From the NCBI RefSeq assembly GCF_964355755.1, contig NC_092677.1, positions 25,655,175-25,719,174 of the forward strand: a stretch of DNA of 64,000 nt, given 5' to 3'. The notes beneath the pieces are model-generated. The model had not been told where the DNA came from. It searched no databases and saw only the letters and a program-made list of their open reading frames with translations. Shown here in pieces: positions 13,367-55,075 of this stretch. How positions within the stretch are numbered: position 1 is the first letter of the stretch; each line of letters begins with the position of its first letter. The translations under genes were made by a program, and so were the position numbers. Origin of the DNA: Antedon mediterranea. Taxonomy: Eukaryota; Animalia; Echinodermata.

Positions 13367-14265
13367 TTTACACAGTGCTACGCAACACAATTGATTTACC
13401 AGATTACATATTCGTATATTGTACAGCTCTTATAATTCTTTATAAGCTTGAAAAGTGTTGTGACTTTTAGTTTTGTTGTTGTAAATAAACTGCTTTTGAT
13501 ATATTTGTGATTTATGCTTATGTGTCCATTTTCACAATCTCTAATTGAGAAAAAAATTCAATCCAATTTCGAAAAAATTTCTAAACAAAATTGTAAGCGT
13601 GTACAAGACATGCACTAGAGCTTTATTCCAATTGGATGCAACAGAAAGACGTACGCGCAACGCTAGTGAGTTGACCAATAACAAGCGACAGTTTGGATGT
13701 TCCAAGCGTTATGATTGGTCAAATCACTTGCGGTGCGCTTACGTCATTGCGTTGCGTCTAAGCGGCCACGTATAACAATACAATAAACAAACAGAATTAT
13801 ATTTAATCATTTATTATAGCTTTTTACATTAAGGTCAAAGGTTAAAACTGTGACCTCTGACACTAAACAACAGTTTCCCTTGCAATCGCCAAGTAATATC
13901 ACATAATAATGTTAATCTTTCTCCAATATTAAGATTGGTTCCAAAGAAATTTATTTTATTTAAACACACAAAAAATTGACAATATTAAATTTTAAACAGA
14001 TGATGTTACCAAATATTGTTAATTGATGATTAAAATGAAAAAAAAAACAACAGCAGACTATGGTAAATTATCGAATAAGCGCGGTTGTGATAAAAACAAG
14101 AGCGGGCTTATTTATGCGGCGAATCAATTTTAGTTGAGTTTATAATTACTATGGCTACCAATTATTCAGAAGAAGCCATGAATGTTCGTCAAATAAATAA
14201 ACGAAAGATATAAAATCGGGTAATGTAATTGATTATTTAGCACAAATGTTCAGCAACGAGTCTAA

Positions 14266-14473
14266 AGCTCTGTCTACACTATCACACTTTATGTGCCCAT
14301 ATATGGTAGTAATATGCTTAAATATGGTAGTGATATGCTTAAATATGGTAGTGATATGCTTAAATATGGTGGCCATATGCTTACATATGCCATGGTAGTG
14401 ATATGACATCATCATGTTCATATACATCACACTTTTTTGTCACATAAAGTTTGATATAAGTGTAGACAGAGCT
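14266..14473. mobile_element. Harbinger/PIF-like MITE family (representative copy; >20 copies in window)
   Basis: TIR AGCTCTGTCTACACTATCAAACT flanked by TAA/TTA, with an internal 21-bp repeat AAATATGGTAGTGATATGCCC. Other copies at about 16538-16675, 16837-16961, 17924-18080, 25259-25404, 26028-26185, 27912-28056, 28105-28178, 31100-31331, 32606-32748, 37940-38090, 38275-38429, 40797-40849, 42216-42345, 43710-43877, 45135-45258, 47533-47701, 49090-49255, 52999-53158, 55473-55598, 58751-59267 and 62554-62690. Confidence 0.85.
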
Positions 14474-14693
14474 TTAAACTTGCATTTATTTGGCTCTTAT
14501 CAGTAGCGGCGATTAATCGATAATTTACGGTTGATACTTAGGCCTATATCACAGTTTGCAAAAATACATGCTCCCTTACGTCAATAAAAGGTAATACCAC
14601 TTACCTAGACCACGTGATGAAAGAAATTAAGAAAAAACAGACAAAACGTCATTTCATGATTACAGTGTATATTGCAGTTAACGGGAGAAAACC

Positions 14694-15358
14694 TAGGCTG
14701 GGCTTATATCCTAGGGTGGGCTTATTTCCTAGGATGGGATTATTTCTTAGGATGTGTGTTTATTTCCTAGGATGTGGGATTATTTTCTAGGGTGGGATTA
14801 TATCTTAGGGTGGGATTATATCCTAGGGTAGGATTATATTCTAGGGTGGGATTATATCCTAGGATGTAGGATTATTTCCTAGGATGTGGGATTATATCCT
14901 ATGGTGGGATTATATCCTAGTATGTGGGATTATATCCTAGGATGTGAGATTATATCCTAGGATGTGGGATTATATCCCACATCCTAGGATGTGGGATTAT
15001 ATCATAGGATGGGATTAATTCTTAGGATGTGGGATTATATCCTAGGGTGGGCTTGTTTCCTAGGGTGGGCTTATTTCCTAGGATGTGGGATTATATCCTA
15101 GGATGGGATTATTTTCTAGGATGTGGGATTATATCCTAGGGTGGGATTATATCTTAGGATGTGGGATTTTATCCTAAGGTGGGCTGTTTCCTAGGATGGG
15201 ATTATTTTCTAGGATGTGGGATTATATCCTAGGGTGGGATTATATCTTAGGATGTGGGATTATATCCTAATGTGGGCTTATTTCCTAGGATGTCAGATTA
15301 TAATGCTAGGGTGGGATTATATCCTAGGGTGGGGTTATACCATAGAGTGGGCTTATAC
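14694..15358. repeat. 18/20-bp minisatellite (GGGATTATATCCTAGG(AT)GT)
   Basis: About 34 tandem units. Confidence 0.93.
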
Positions 15359-17038
15359 AGAACGATTTAAATGCCATGATCAGTTTTGGTTGATAAAACA
15401 TTAAGAAAGTGATTAAAATAAATGAAAATATCAAAATGTTAAATTGAAATGTGAGAGAAAATTTGAAAAATCTAAAATGCACACAAACGCATTTCTTGTA
15501 AAAACATTATAATAACAATAATTCATAATTAATTAAATTGTTTACAGTAATACTGTATTAAAAGGTAACTCTTAAAAATCACCCTGTAACATATGCACAC
15601 TTTCATCATCATCATTAATTAATATTAAATACTTCTTAAAAGTACTGTGGTAACAAAAATCCATATATCCGATTAAAAGAATCGGGGCTTGTGAGGCATT
15701 TTATTGGCGATAAGCACTAGTCAGCTTGGACGCAAGGTTAGGTTAGGTTTTTAGGAATCCTGTCTCTGCCTGGTTTTGTGTGATGTTTTCTTGTTCTTTG
15801 TCCACGTTTTTTTCATATTGAATGTTTATGGAGACAAAAGTAAATGAAATGAAATGGCAATAAAGTACACGCAAGGCGCCCACGTAGGCGCAACGCAATT
15901 GAGTTGTTGACCAGGCGAGATTTCAGATTACCCACGCGGCGTGGTTGGTCGAATTAGTTAAGATAGCCTTCGGTATGACTTGCGTTGAATTGGTTAAGAA
16001 ATGGTGGAAAATCAAAAAGAAGCAAGAATACTGTAGATTATGTAACTATATACTAAAAGCACACTAAAATAACACATCCTAAATTTTATATTAAAAACTT
16101 TTCCATTGCTAGTAGCAAAATAGAGATTATAGAACAAAATCTACACATGCTCAAACAACAATCAATGTTGTGATAGCTTCAGTGAAAAGATGCACCCGAT
16201 TATCGGTGCTGTATCTGAACCTAATGGTATATGTCCAATATCATAGGCAAATTCTGTAATACAGAGTCACATATACATCACATCATGTGCCACCTCTATT
16301 ATATCAAGTTAGGTTAGGTATGATACAAGTGTCACTTGTGATACATATACTCATATTCTGTTATTGTCATACAAAACATTACAAAAACTTAGATGATTAA
16401 AAAAAAGTGGACTGAATCAATACGTAAAAAAAGTGAATAAAATAATCATAATTAAATATAAAAACTATTATATAAACTATTTACATTAATAAAAAAATAA
16501 AGAGTTTAAAAAGTGTAATTTAAGATTGTTTATAAATGTCAAACTAGTTTGACAAAAAAAGGTGTGCTCAAATATGGTAGTGATATGCCCAACTTTGGTA
16601 GTGGTATGACATCATCATGTCCATATACAGGCATCATCATTTTTTTTTCACATAAAGTTTGATAGTGTAGACAGACAGCATAGAGTATGTGTATGTATTA
16701 CAGAATTGAATTTGATTTATTTGGAAAATTATTATAAAATACTGGACACATAACATGATTGTTACTCATTTTGATTTGTTGTTTTTGCTGTTAAGTTTGC
16801 ACAATTAAAATATTTCTAGTCCAATAAAGGTGTGGCAGCTCTGTCTACACTATCAAATTAGTGATATACCCAAATATGGTAGTGATATGACATCATCATG
16901 TCCATATACGGGAACATCACATTTTCTTTGTCACATTAAGTCTGATAGTGTGGACAGAGCTTTATAACTTCATATTATAATTCTATTGCATCACCTCAAT
17001 AAATAATATTACATATAAATGGAATCATAAAATATATT

Positions 17039-45471
<28,433 letters not shown>

Positions 45472-46227
45472 GACTGTGTGAAAGCATGTTAAACTTACAA
45501 ACTTGCAACCAAATGATAATAAACTTTTGTCACACAAATCTGTAAATAATATTTATATGGTCACATATGAATATTAATAATCCTAAGCTAAAGTGAGAAT
45601 ATGCTAAAGAAAGGAAAACTAAAAGAAAGGTATATAAAGAAAGAAATATTCCAGCCAGAGCAGCCTACATTAGCCCCACTACAACCCCCAAAACTAAAAC
45701 TTGTATATCATCTAATAAAAATAAATCATACCATCGATATATTTAATATAGAACTAGCCTATAGTATGCAACTACTAACTAGCCTATTCTATAATCTAGC
45801 CTAGGCTAGGCCTACTTTTAGTACTTTACTTATTTTATGGAAAGGCACAATTTTGAAATATTATTAGGATACGTATTTACTATTAAGAAATAACATTTGT
45901 ATTATAACTATAATTAGTATAGTTAATTTATTATTTATAGTATAAATATTATTGAGATAAATTTAGCCTAAGCCCAAACATTAGTGAGTTCAGCAGACGA
46001 CCAGTCATGTCCCCATCCCGGGCCTCATCTGCGTCGTAGCCAGCCTACTAGCTAATCAACCGTCCAAAGTTGGTTACGTTAGGCCTAGCATACGGTAAAT
46101 TTCCTATGCTTTATTTATTACGCTACAGCATAAAAGTAAACGTTCTCTATCAGGATTATAACTCTAAACAATTATAACATTTTAAAGTTAACAATATTCG
46201 AGTAAAAACATTTAAATTTTACCTCAC

Positions 46228-46310
46228 CTTTTGTGTCAAGTTCTTCCCACTCTGCTCTCGGGCCTGTGAAAAACTGTATCGAGGATCGACTTTTGTTGTT
46301 GATTGAAAAA
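46228..46310 (-). other. Probable non-coding first exon (5'UTR) of ATP2C1
   Basis: Strong minus-strand donor AAG|GTGAGG at 46228/46227 in a CpG-enriched patch. The ATG-containing exon has its own acceptor (ttacag at ~45540). The 5' boundary is approximate. Confidence 0.5.
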
Positions 46311-46520
46311 TATACACACGTAATATGTCGCCCTCTATAATTGGTCGATAATAAAACTTTTTTCCCTACACGTCCACCGTCGTCGTGTCGCCGCCCATTC
46401 CTTCTACATATACACGTTCTTTCTTCCCTTTCTGATGGTGGCCTAGAGTCTGAGGAGAATTACATTTTAGTTTTATATATACATATATATTTAAATCAAA
46501 ACCAAGTTGTAATGGTAAAT
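46230..46520. promoter_or_regulatory. Putative bidirectional promoter between ATP2C1 and RNF212-like
   Basis: Divergent gene starts at 45471 (-) and 47269 (+), both ATG exons preceded by acceptors. There is a local CpG cluster (e.g. cgtcgtcgtgtcgccgcc at 46378-46396) in otherwise CpG-poor DNA. Confidence 0.45.
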
Positions 46521-46584
46521 GATAATGTATACAATTTACTAAACTAAAGGGAATAAATATGCCTATCTCTCTAGAGAATAGAGG

Positions 46585-46910
46585 CCACCTACTACTACTA
46601 CTAGCCTAGGCCTAGAGTACTACGACCTAGGCCAGGGCATGGGGCCTACTAGACTAGCCTAGGCCTATCTAGGAGGTCTAGTAGGTAGGCCTATGCCTAC
46701 TACTACTACTACTACTACTAGGCCTAGGCCTACTAACTAGGGCCTAGCATAGGCTAGTACTAGGCTAGGCTATCAACATACTTAGGCCCTAGTCTAGGCC
46801 TAGTTAGGACTGGCCATTAGCTAGCTAGGCCTAGAGGGCCTAGGCCTAGTAGTAGTAGGCATCTACCAGGCTAGCACTAATCTCTATCTAATAAGCCTGG
46901 CCCTAGTACT
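46585..46910. repeat. Low-complexity CTAG/AGGCCT/(TAC)n palindromic tract
   Basis: Dense TAGGCCTA, CTAG and TACTAC words. Confidence 0.8.
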
Positions 46911-47268
46911 GTAGTAGAGAAGGGCATGTTGGATGATCACTGCACTGTTATAAATATTAGCTTAGGCTCTCCTATCCTATTTCTATACCCAGCAGAAATA
47001 CCATTCAGCTTTCCTGAAAATTAAAATAAATACAGTAAAAATAGGGCCTGGCCTGAGCCTAGCCTACATCATGATATAGTGTATGATAAATAGCCTGTGC
47101 TGTGTGATTACCATTGTCACTGTGCATAAATTTTGGATTAATTTTTTAATTAATTAATTATTATGAAATAATATTAATTAGTCCCTATAACTAGGATAAA
47201 TGTGATAAAACGCCAATATTAATATTATGTATTTGTTGTAGAGAATGTATGTACGTGTAAACTTCTAG

Positions 47269-50200
47269 ATGGCTGACTGGGTGCATTGCAATCATTGCTT
47301 CAACAGACCGGGTGCTACTGATCTGAGATTCTTCTTGACAAACTGTGCACATATATTTTGTCAAGTATGTATTGGAAAAGGTAATAAAAAGAAATACAAA
47401 ACTAACTACAAAACAAAAAATTAAATTAAATGAATCATGAGAAATCAGTATAGCAGAATAAACTACCGTACCTAATAAAGTCTCTCCAAGATTTGAACTA
47501 TGACATTTTTTGCTTAATATGCAGCTCTTTAAAGCTCTGTCTGCACTATCAAACTAGTTTGACAAAAACAGTGTGATGTGTCAAAATATGGTAGTGATAT
47601 GGCTAAATACGGTAGTGATATTGCTAAATATGGTAGTCATACAACATCATCATGTCCATATATGGGCACATCACATGAAGTTTGATAGTGTAGATAGAGC
47701 TTTAGTCCAAGTGGTTTAAATGGTAGTCATTTGGTATGTTAAAAATCTTAAATGTTTACTAAATATTTTGTTTTATTTTAAAGTAACAAGCACCAATAAA
47801 TGTAGAAAATGTGAAAAAGACTGTACAGTCATTCCATTAACTTCACAGGTAATTCTATGTATTAGATGCTTTTTATTAAGCGACAACATGAACTTTGACC
47901 TCATGACATCATTAACATCGTTATTTATTGTCAAGTCATATACTAAATTTTGGATTGTTTTTTCAATGACCTAAGAATAATATCTTTTGTTCTACATCTG
48001 ATTATATCTGTCATAATATATTTGGTTTTTTTCCCCAACAGCTTAAGCCAGAGGTACAGATTTTCTTCCAAGACCCTTGTGATATTTTAAGAAAGCATCA
48101 CAAACAAATGATACAGGTACATTATAATTATAATACCCCTTTCACATCCAAAGTTAGGCAGTGTAAAAGAGTCTTTCACCCAGCCAAAAACCTATTTTAA
48201 AGCCGCCTACCCATCCTAAGATAGTACCCAGACTTTAAATAGGCCATTTTACAGTTTTAACAAAATGAATCACTTTTTTAGAAAAAAAAAATGTTTTCAC
48301 TTGGAAAATAAACGGTTAAGTTGAACCAAAAACCCATTGACTCTGGCAGCCAATTTGACTATTTTTTGCTTTAAATTACAGTTTTTACAGGAAAATAATT
48401 GGTTTTTTTTTCAAATTCTTAGTTATGTGACATTAAAATGGCATATTAAAAAAAAAATTTACAAAATCATTTTTTCAGGAGGGCAATATATCTTTAATAA
48501 TACATTAATCAAATTTTTTTCTCAGATTCTTGAATTTCAACAAAATCACACACAGTCACTCGCAAATCACCAGAAACAGCAGGTATAGTATTTATTTTAT
48601 CATCAGCAAATAACAATCAAATTTGAAATAATTGTTCATAAATGCAGCACCTGAGCATTTTCACACATAAATAAAACATTTATACAAATACTGAATGTTT
48701 ATGAGTTGAATGGTGAGAATATTTCATGAAAGATTAACTGTGCTCTATTTAACCTAGTTTTATTCGTTACTGAAAAAGTGTAATGTATTAAAAAACACTA
48801 TTTTCTGCCCAGTTTTTGAAAAGTAAGTTTTTGGAAAATATTACCATATTTTCTGGTGTTTTTTTTGTGTAATCACTTTCAATTAAATATACTTAAACAT
48901 AATATAAGCTGAGAAAGATTGAGTGGAGCTCCACTTTAAACAATATAGATATCGCGTACAGTAAAGATAATATGTTGACATTTTAACTATTTTTATTATT
49001 ATTATTTCAGAGATTGAGCCAGACGAGTGTGTTGACCGAGGCAAAGAAAGGACTTCAGAAACTTTCGTACCTAGAAAAGTATTTATTAAAGCTCTGTCTA
49101 CACTATCAAACTAGTGTACCAAATATGGTAGTGATATGCCCAAATATGGTAGTGATATGCCCAAATATGGTAGTGATATGACATCATCGTGTCCATATAT
49201 AGGCACATCACATTATTTTTGTCACGTCATAAAGTTTGATAGTGTAGACAGAGCTTAAGGCTTTATACCTTTTTTGGCATCCAATTCTAGTGCTGGAGAA
49301 GAATAATAATGTTTATTATTGTTGCAATTGTTTTTGCAGCAGTTTTATCTATTTTTTAAATATCTTTGAGTCGTCTTCTTTTGTTTTAGTGAAATCAAAC
49401 ACCTGTCCAATGAAAACAACCATCTAAGAAAACTCCTTGAAGAATCTCCACTGAAAAGAAGGTAAAAATATCACGTATACATTTAAACAATTACTACAGT
49501 GTATCGTACTATAATGTCTGGTTCTTTTGTGCCCTAAAGGATTTCAAGCCATGTGACTTATGACTGACATAACCATTTACACACATACATACATTACCAG
49601 AGTAATGAATGCTACAATATAGCAGTTTTATTTATCTATTTTTCATTTCATTAACTGTAAACTTTATTAAATTGTCTAGGCGTAGTACACCAAGTGGGCG
49701 CCACCTTAGTTCACCGTCACCCATAAGGATGATGTCATTGTGTAAGTTTAACATGTACAATTTATTTAACTTATCATAGTACTATACACTGGGCCCTCTC
49801 TGGCAGAACAGTCTTAGACTGAAGAGCTACACAGTATAAAGAATAAATAATGATAAGACGTGAATTGCTTTATTATCAACCTTCTGAAGTTTTTGTCGTC
49901 ATAAAGTGGGAGAAGAAGAAGTGTCTCCTCTTCAAATAAACCCAGTATCTGTAGTGGCAAGCACTATCTCTCTCCTCTCTCTTGAAACGTTTTCCGTCAT
50001 TTCGACATTACGCTTTCCACGATTTGTTTCCATATTTTTCTGTTTTGGGCAGGATGGTTTGTTATTGTGCTAATGTCTACATTTTTTCCTTTTAAATCTT
50101 TTTTTATTTGGTTTATCCAGTTATCTTTTGGTCTTCCTGGTGGTCTTTTTACTTTGTTTTTAGTTTCCTTCATTGTTTAATTGGTGCCTCATCCTTTAGT

Positions 50201-53200
50201 CTAATCTTCTTCATTTAATTCACTACATATAGTTCATTCTTATATAGCGCTCTACAAGCAAGCTTCTCTAAGCGCTGAACATTATTACCCCAGTCATTTT
50301 TTGGATCAAGCACGTATGGAAACATACTCCCATAATATAGCTAGTAATCAGCGCAAAGTTGTGTCTTGATCTAACCGGGTACCCATTTATACACCTGGGT
50401 GAAGAGAGGCAACGTATACAAGCAATGCGGCGAGAGTTGGATTCGAACCTCGGTCTCATGATCAGTAGTCCAACGTCCAACACCCTGCGCCACATGCCCT
50501 CATTCCTTCCTCCATTCTTGTTTTTTTACTTTGTATATTTTTGCGTTATCTTTCGCAACATTTTCCTGTGATATAGATATCACATATTATCGTATAGTTA
50601 TTAACTACTACAGTATAACAATATGGCATTTCTTTTACTAGCGCAAACTTCCACACCCAACAACATGGGATCACCTTACTCGCCTTATAAACTGAAGATC
50701 AACAGGTAAGCATCTATATATCTATTAATATGGGGTTACGGTTTTAAAAAATTACGCAAAACAGATTTCATCATAAAGGAATAGTAGTACAGTCAACTCT
50801 CCCAATACCGGACACCTTTGGGCCGGCCAAATATGTCTGGTTTTCTGGAAAGTCTGGTATTTGAGAATGTGTTTTTAATGGTAAAAAGAAATTTAGGACC
50901 TTTTCGTCCTGAAGAAAAGTCTGATATTGGGAGAATTTCTGATTTTCAGAGTGTAGTCCGGTATTGGAAGTATAAAGCTATATGTTATATATTCTCAAAA
51001 AAATTCATCTGGTTTCAAATGATTTATGTACACTATTTTTCTATGTTTCGCCGACTAGTATCGGTAGCCTTGTTCATGTGATGTGACGCAAAATAGTATT
51101 TTTCATGGTTTATCAAAAAAAAAAAATACAAACATATATTTTATGTAAACTTATTTTTGCAGACCTCAAGATATGCATCACAGCTCACAGTTGGTAAAAG
51201 AATTATTTTTTAACTGGAAATAGTTATTATTGCCATGTAATAATAAAACATTATGTGTGGGTCATGGGTTGAAAGCTCCCCATAGTCAACCAGAAGAGTC
51301 TGATTCAAATCCGTGTTGGGTGACATTATTTTAATATTATAACGCTAGTGTTACTGTGGCAATTTTTTTTTTTTTTTCCGATGTTGGTAGGGTTTCAAAA
51401 TAAAATAAAAATATCAGATTTATTTGTAACTGACAGATAAATATATATATATCCTATAGGTGAGAACTCCACAAGGACCAGCTAGAATCAGTTTACGGAC
51501 TCCACCAATCAATGGTAGACTGGGTAAGCTTTAATCTCATCGATATAATCCATAATTTAAAATCCATATATAATTCATAATAAAATCAATAATTTCATCC
51601 ATTAATCCCATCAATATAATCCATAATTTAAAATCCATACCACGTTGGAAATCAGTACATTGTATTGAAAGTGTATTTCAGAATAAAGAAAGATTAAATA
51701 AATAAATAAATATATAATTCATAATAAATCCGTAATTTCATCCATTAATCCCATCTATATAATTCATAATTTTAAATCTATATATAATTCATAATCAATC
51801 CATAATTTCAAATCACGACTGCATTCACTGACTTTAGTTACATCCCTGTCAAATATGACTAGATAAGCTTTAATCCCATCTATATAATCCATAATCAATC
51901 CATAATTGATTTATGTTTTTTTAGTGACAACACCAGGTTCTGGATTAAGAACGCCAACAAGAACGTCAAGCTATCCAAAAAGGTAAAGTTGTTATTCTTT
52001 AATTTTCAGTAATGTCTGGTTCTGTTCTATAGCTAAGTTTATTATTATATAGCCTGCAAAATTGGATACTAGTTTAAAATGAATGAGTTACGCACCGTAA
52101 AAGAATTCTTGGGAGAGTTGACTGTACCTGGTTGTTATTCCCTAGGCCTAGTACAACACCAGGCGGCTCACTGGAACTACCAATAACATCAGGATTTTCT
52201 CAGCCTGCATCTCCTATGATAACAAGTCCAAAATATAGGTAAGGTATAATCTATAGCTAAGGTACAATCTATAGGTAAGGTATAATCTATAGGTAATTTT
52301 GGCATACCATAGTATTGATAGGGAAGTTTAAAATCTATGATATAGTGGAGTTGAAAGTTGATGGTTTACATGCTTGCCTTCCAATTCGACAGTCAGGGTT
52401 CAATCCTGACCAAATGCCAACTTTTTCTACGCCAAAAGGCCAGCTCATACAGCATCATACGACGAGGCCCGAAGAAAAGTCCCGACTTGTCAGTGCTGTC
52501 CGAGTTGAATCCAGACGAGATGAGTTGTCTTGAGATACCATCGGGCATAGTTTTCAGGTCGTCTGGAGAACTTTAAACATGTTTAATTTCTTCAAACCGG
52601 GCCTCATTGTACGACGCTGTCCGAGTTGGACTTTATAAACACTATATAGTTTATACATCCTGGTACGAACAAAAACAAACAATGTTACAGTCATTATCGT
52701 ACGATACATTTTCAAAACCACTGTTGTGATTAAATATTATATTTTTGTTTTATTTAGAAGCGGTGGAGATAACCAATTAGGTGGCGATACATTTACAAAC
52801 CACTGTTGTGATTAAATATTATATTTTTATTTTATTTAGAAGCGGTGGAGATAACCAATTAGGTGGCGGTAGAGGGCTTATGACGTTGCCTCAAAGTCAA
52901 CCATGTCAGTCGCAAATTAGACGTTATATGATGGGTATGTATTTTATAATTGTATACTGCAAATTTTCCCGTTGTACTGTAAAATTAGATAACTGTTAAG
53001 CTCTGTCTACACTATCAAACTAGTTTGACAAAAGATGTATGATGTGCCCAAATATGGTAGTGATATGGCTAAATATAGTAGTGATATGACATCATCATGT
53101 CCATATATGGGCACATCACATTTTTTTTCACATAAAGTTTGATAGTGTAGGCAGAGCTTTAGATAACTTAAGTATAAGTATAGTAGAAGGGATACACAGT

Positions 53201-54505
53201 ATAATGCCGCCTTCAACTTCTGTAATTTGCAAGGATTTGAGATAAATAAATTTGTTTAACTTTTTTGTTTGATTTATTTAGACAACAAAAAATATACGCC
53301 AAAGTATTCTGAAAGCAACAAGACTCCAATTCAGGTATGGAATTATGTTATATAATTAATTTAAAAGCTTACAAACTTAGCGAACCACAAAATTACAGAG
53401 AGAAACAGAGGGAAATCGCATGCTTTTTAATATTTTGACCGATTAATTTTATCTAAAGTTTTAATTTTTGTAATTTTAAGATTTATCATTTTAGGTATTT
53501 AATGTATGTACGGCGCTCTGGTCTTTTCTTGGAAGGGCCCATATAAATACCATATTATTACTTTTTCATGGACATTATCAAGCAAACAAACTCAAAAACA
53601 AACTTTCTTACAAATGTACAAAGCAAATAATATACTTTGTAAATGATTATAAATAAAAGATTACATTAAACTGTATTTTTTATTTATATTATATTATTTT
53701 TTGCAGCTTGGTAATTCTCTTCACAGACCACTAATGTGAGTAATATGTTTTTTAAATATTTTATTTAAAAGATGATAAATAATCGAGTATATGTTTATGT
53801 TAATGAGAATGACGGCATACTGAAAGTTACTGTGAAAATTCACATAGTGGAAACTACTAATGTGCTATACCAATCATTTTACATTTGGTGATAAATTTGT
53901 TGGAATGTGTAGTCAATATACCGTAAACCTATATTGTCAGTGATATAATAATCATTTCACTTACTAAACTAATATTTTGTTGATAATTATTAGCATTATT
54001 GAATTTTGATACATGACATATACAGTCACATTATTATAGCAATTGAAATAACCTATAATAAGCAAAAACTTAAATCAAAACACAAGATAGAAATTCAAAG
54101 TATTTGAAAAATACATTTTTCTTTTTAAATCATGCGAGTGGCCGAGCAGTTAAGACAGTGGAACTGTAATCCATAGCCTTAACATCGGCAAGGGTTCGAG
54201 GCCGACTCGCTCCATGGTTCTGGTGGTAGAACGAGTCTTCTCGGATAAGGACTACAAACCGTAGGTCCAGTGTACACCGCATCTGGCTCATGTGCACTTT
54301 AATGAGCCTAGTACATCTTTCGAGTAGTAGGGGGTTACCCCGGTGTACTAATACACAGCCACTGATCATAACTGGGCCCTCTGGGAGACCGGTCTTTGAC
54401 TGAAAGGTTACCCAATATAAATAAACAATGAAGTATATAATGCATGTTTTTGAATGCTTTTATCTTAGTTCTACACCACATTCCAGTCAGCTACCACGAA
54501 ACTGA
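47269..54505 (+). CDS. RNF212: RNF212/RNF212B-family (Zip3/ZHP-3) RING E3 SUMO/ubiquitin ligase, meiotic crossover factor; 16 coding exons, ~344 aa
   Basis: N-terminus MADWVHCNHCFNRPGATDLRFFLTNCAHIFCQVCIGK...CRKC (RING), then LKPEVQIFFQDP, ILEFQQNH and a coiled coil, an S/T/P-rich tail, and the conserved RISLRTPPINGRL motif. Phase-consistent exons: 47269-47380, 47784-47848, 48042-48116, 48526-48582, 49011-49078, 49390-49461, 49680-49741, 50642-50705, 51163-51193, 51460-51523, 51925-51982, 52146-52238, 52840-52934, 53282-53334, 53707-53735, 54469-54505 (TGA). The C-terminal small exons are less certain, and RNF212 versus RNF212B cannot be resolved. Confidence 0.88.
50230..50500 (-). mobile_element. 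CORE-type SINE (inverted copy of the 30123-30412 family)
   Basis: GTACCCATTTATACACCTGGGTGAAGAGAGG, reverse B box GGATTCGAACC, and shared tail. Confidence 0.75.
50789..50970 (+). mobile_element. Tc1/mariner (Tigger-like) MITE fragment
   Basis: TA|CAGTCAACTCTCCCAATACCGGACACC. Related pieces at 40233-40345, 52109-52127 and ~60214-60359. Confidence 0.6.
54133..54425 (+). mobile_element. Deu/Nin-domain tRNA SINE
   Basis: Same A/B boxes and core as 23021-23378; ends ~45 bp before the last RNF212 acceptor. Confidence 0.8.
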
Positions 54506-54596
54506 AGAGGGCGGTACAAGTATATACAGTACAGCAATATGAAACCAAATTTACCAATAAAGAGGCTCAACTAAAGTTTTCAGAAATTTTTATACT

Positions 54597-55075
54597 CAAC
54601 AGAAATCTGTTGAATAACGCAAGCTGATCCGAGTACTAAGGCTGTGTTTTTCCGCAACCAAACCAAAATTATCGGTTAATTTTTTAAAGATGTAAACTTG
54701 TTGTTTTTTAACTGAAATACAGACGTTTTTTTGTTTAAAAAATAACTTTGACTTCCAGTCAAAGTTTTCAATCAAAACATATCCCATAATGAAACGCACT
54801 TGTTTGGCTACTCTGTATACATAATCATAAAACTTCCTCATGATCTGTGTGAAAATACCTTCTTAACCGTGACAAGTTTTAAACAATCATAATTTAGCAT
54901 ATACATAATGCATACTCATGGTTTGAAATCTTTGTTTACTTTCGCTCGTGACGATTTTCCAGATGAAATGTAATCAAACTAATTTACCTGTTAATTACGT
55001 AAACTTTTTGTTTTTGGCTCAAATTTTCGACTTAAAGTGAATAACTTTAATATTACTTTCATATGGCCACTTTAA
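54597..55075 (-). mobile_element. Kolobok-like non-autonomous element (partial)
   Basis: Ends ATATGGCCACT|TTAA, with an internal palindrome typical of TTAA-targeting elements; only one terminus is evident. Confidence 0.4.

Noticed and set aside
54133-54212. tRNA genes at the SINE heads (also 23021 and 61222)
   Set aside because: No complete cloverleaf, and each is fused to a SINE body.
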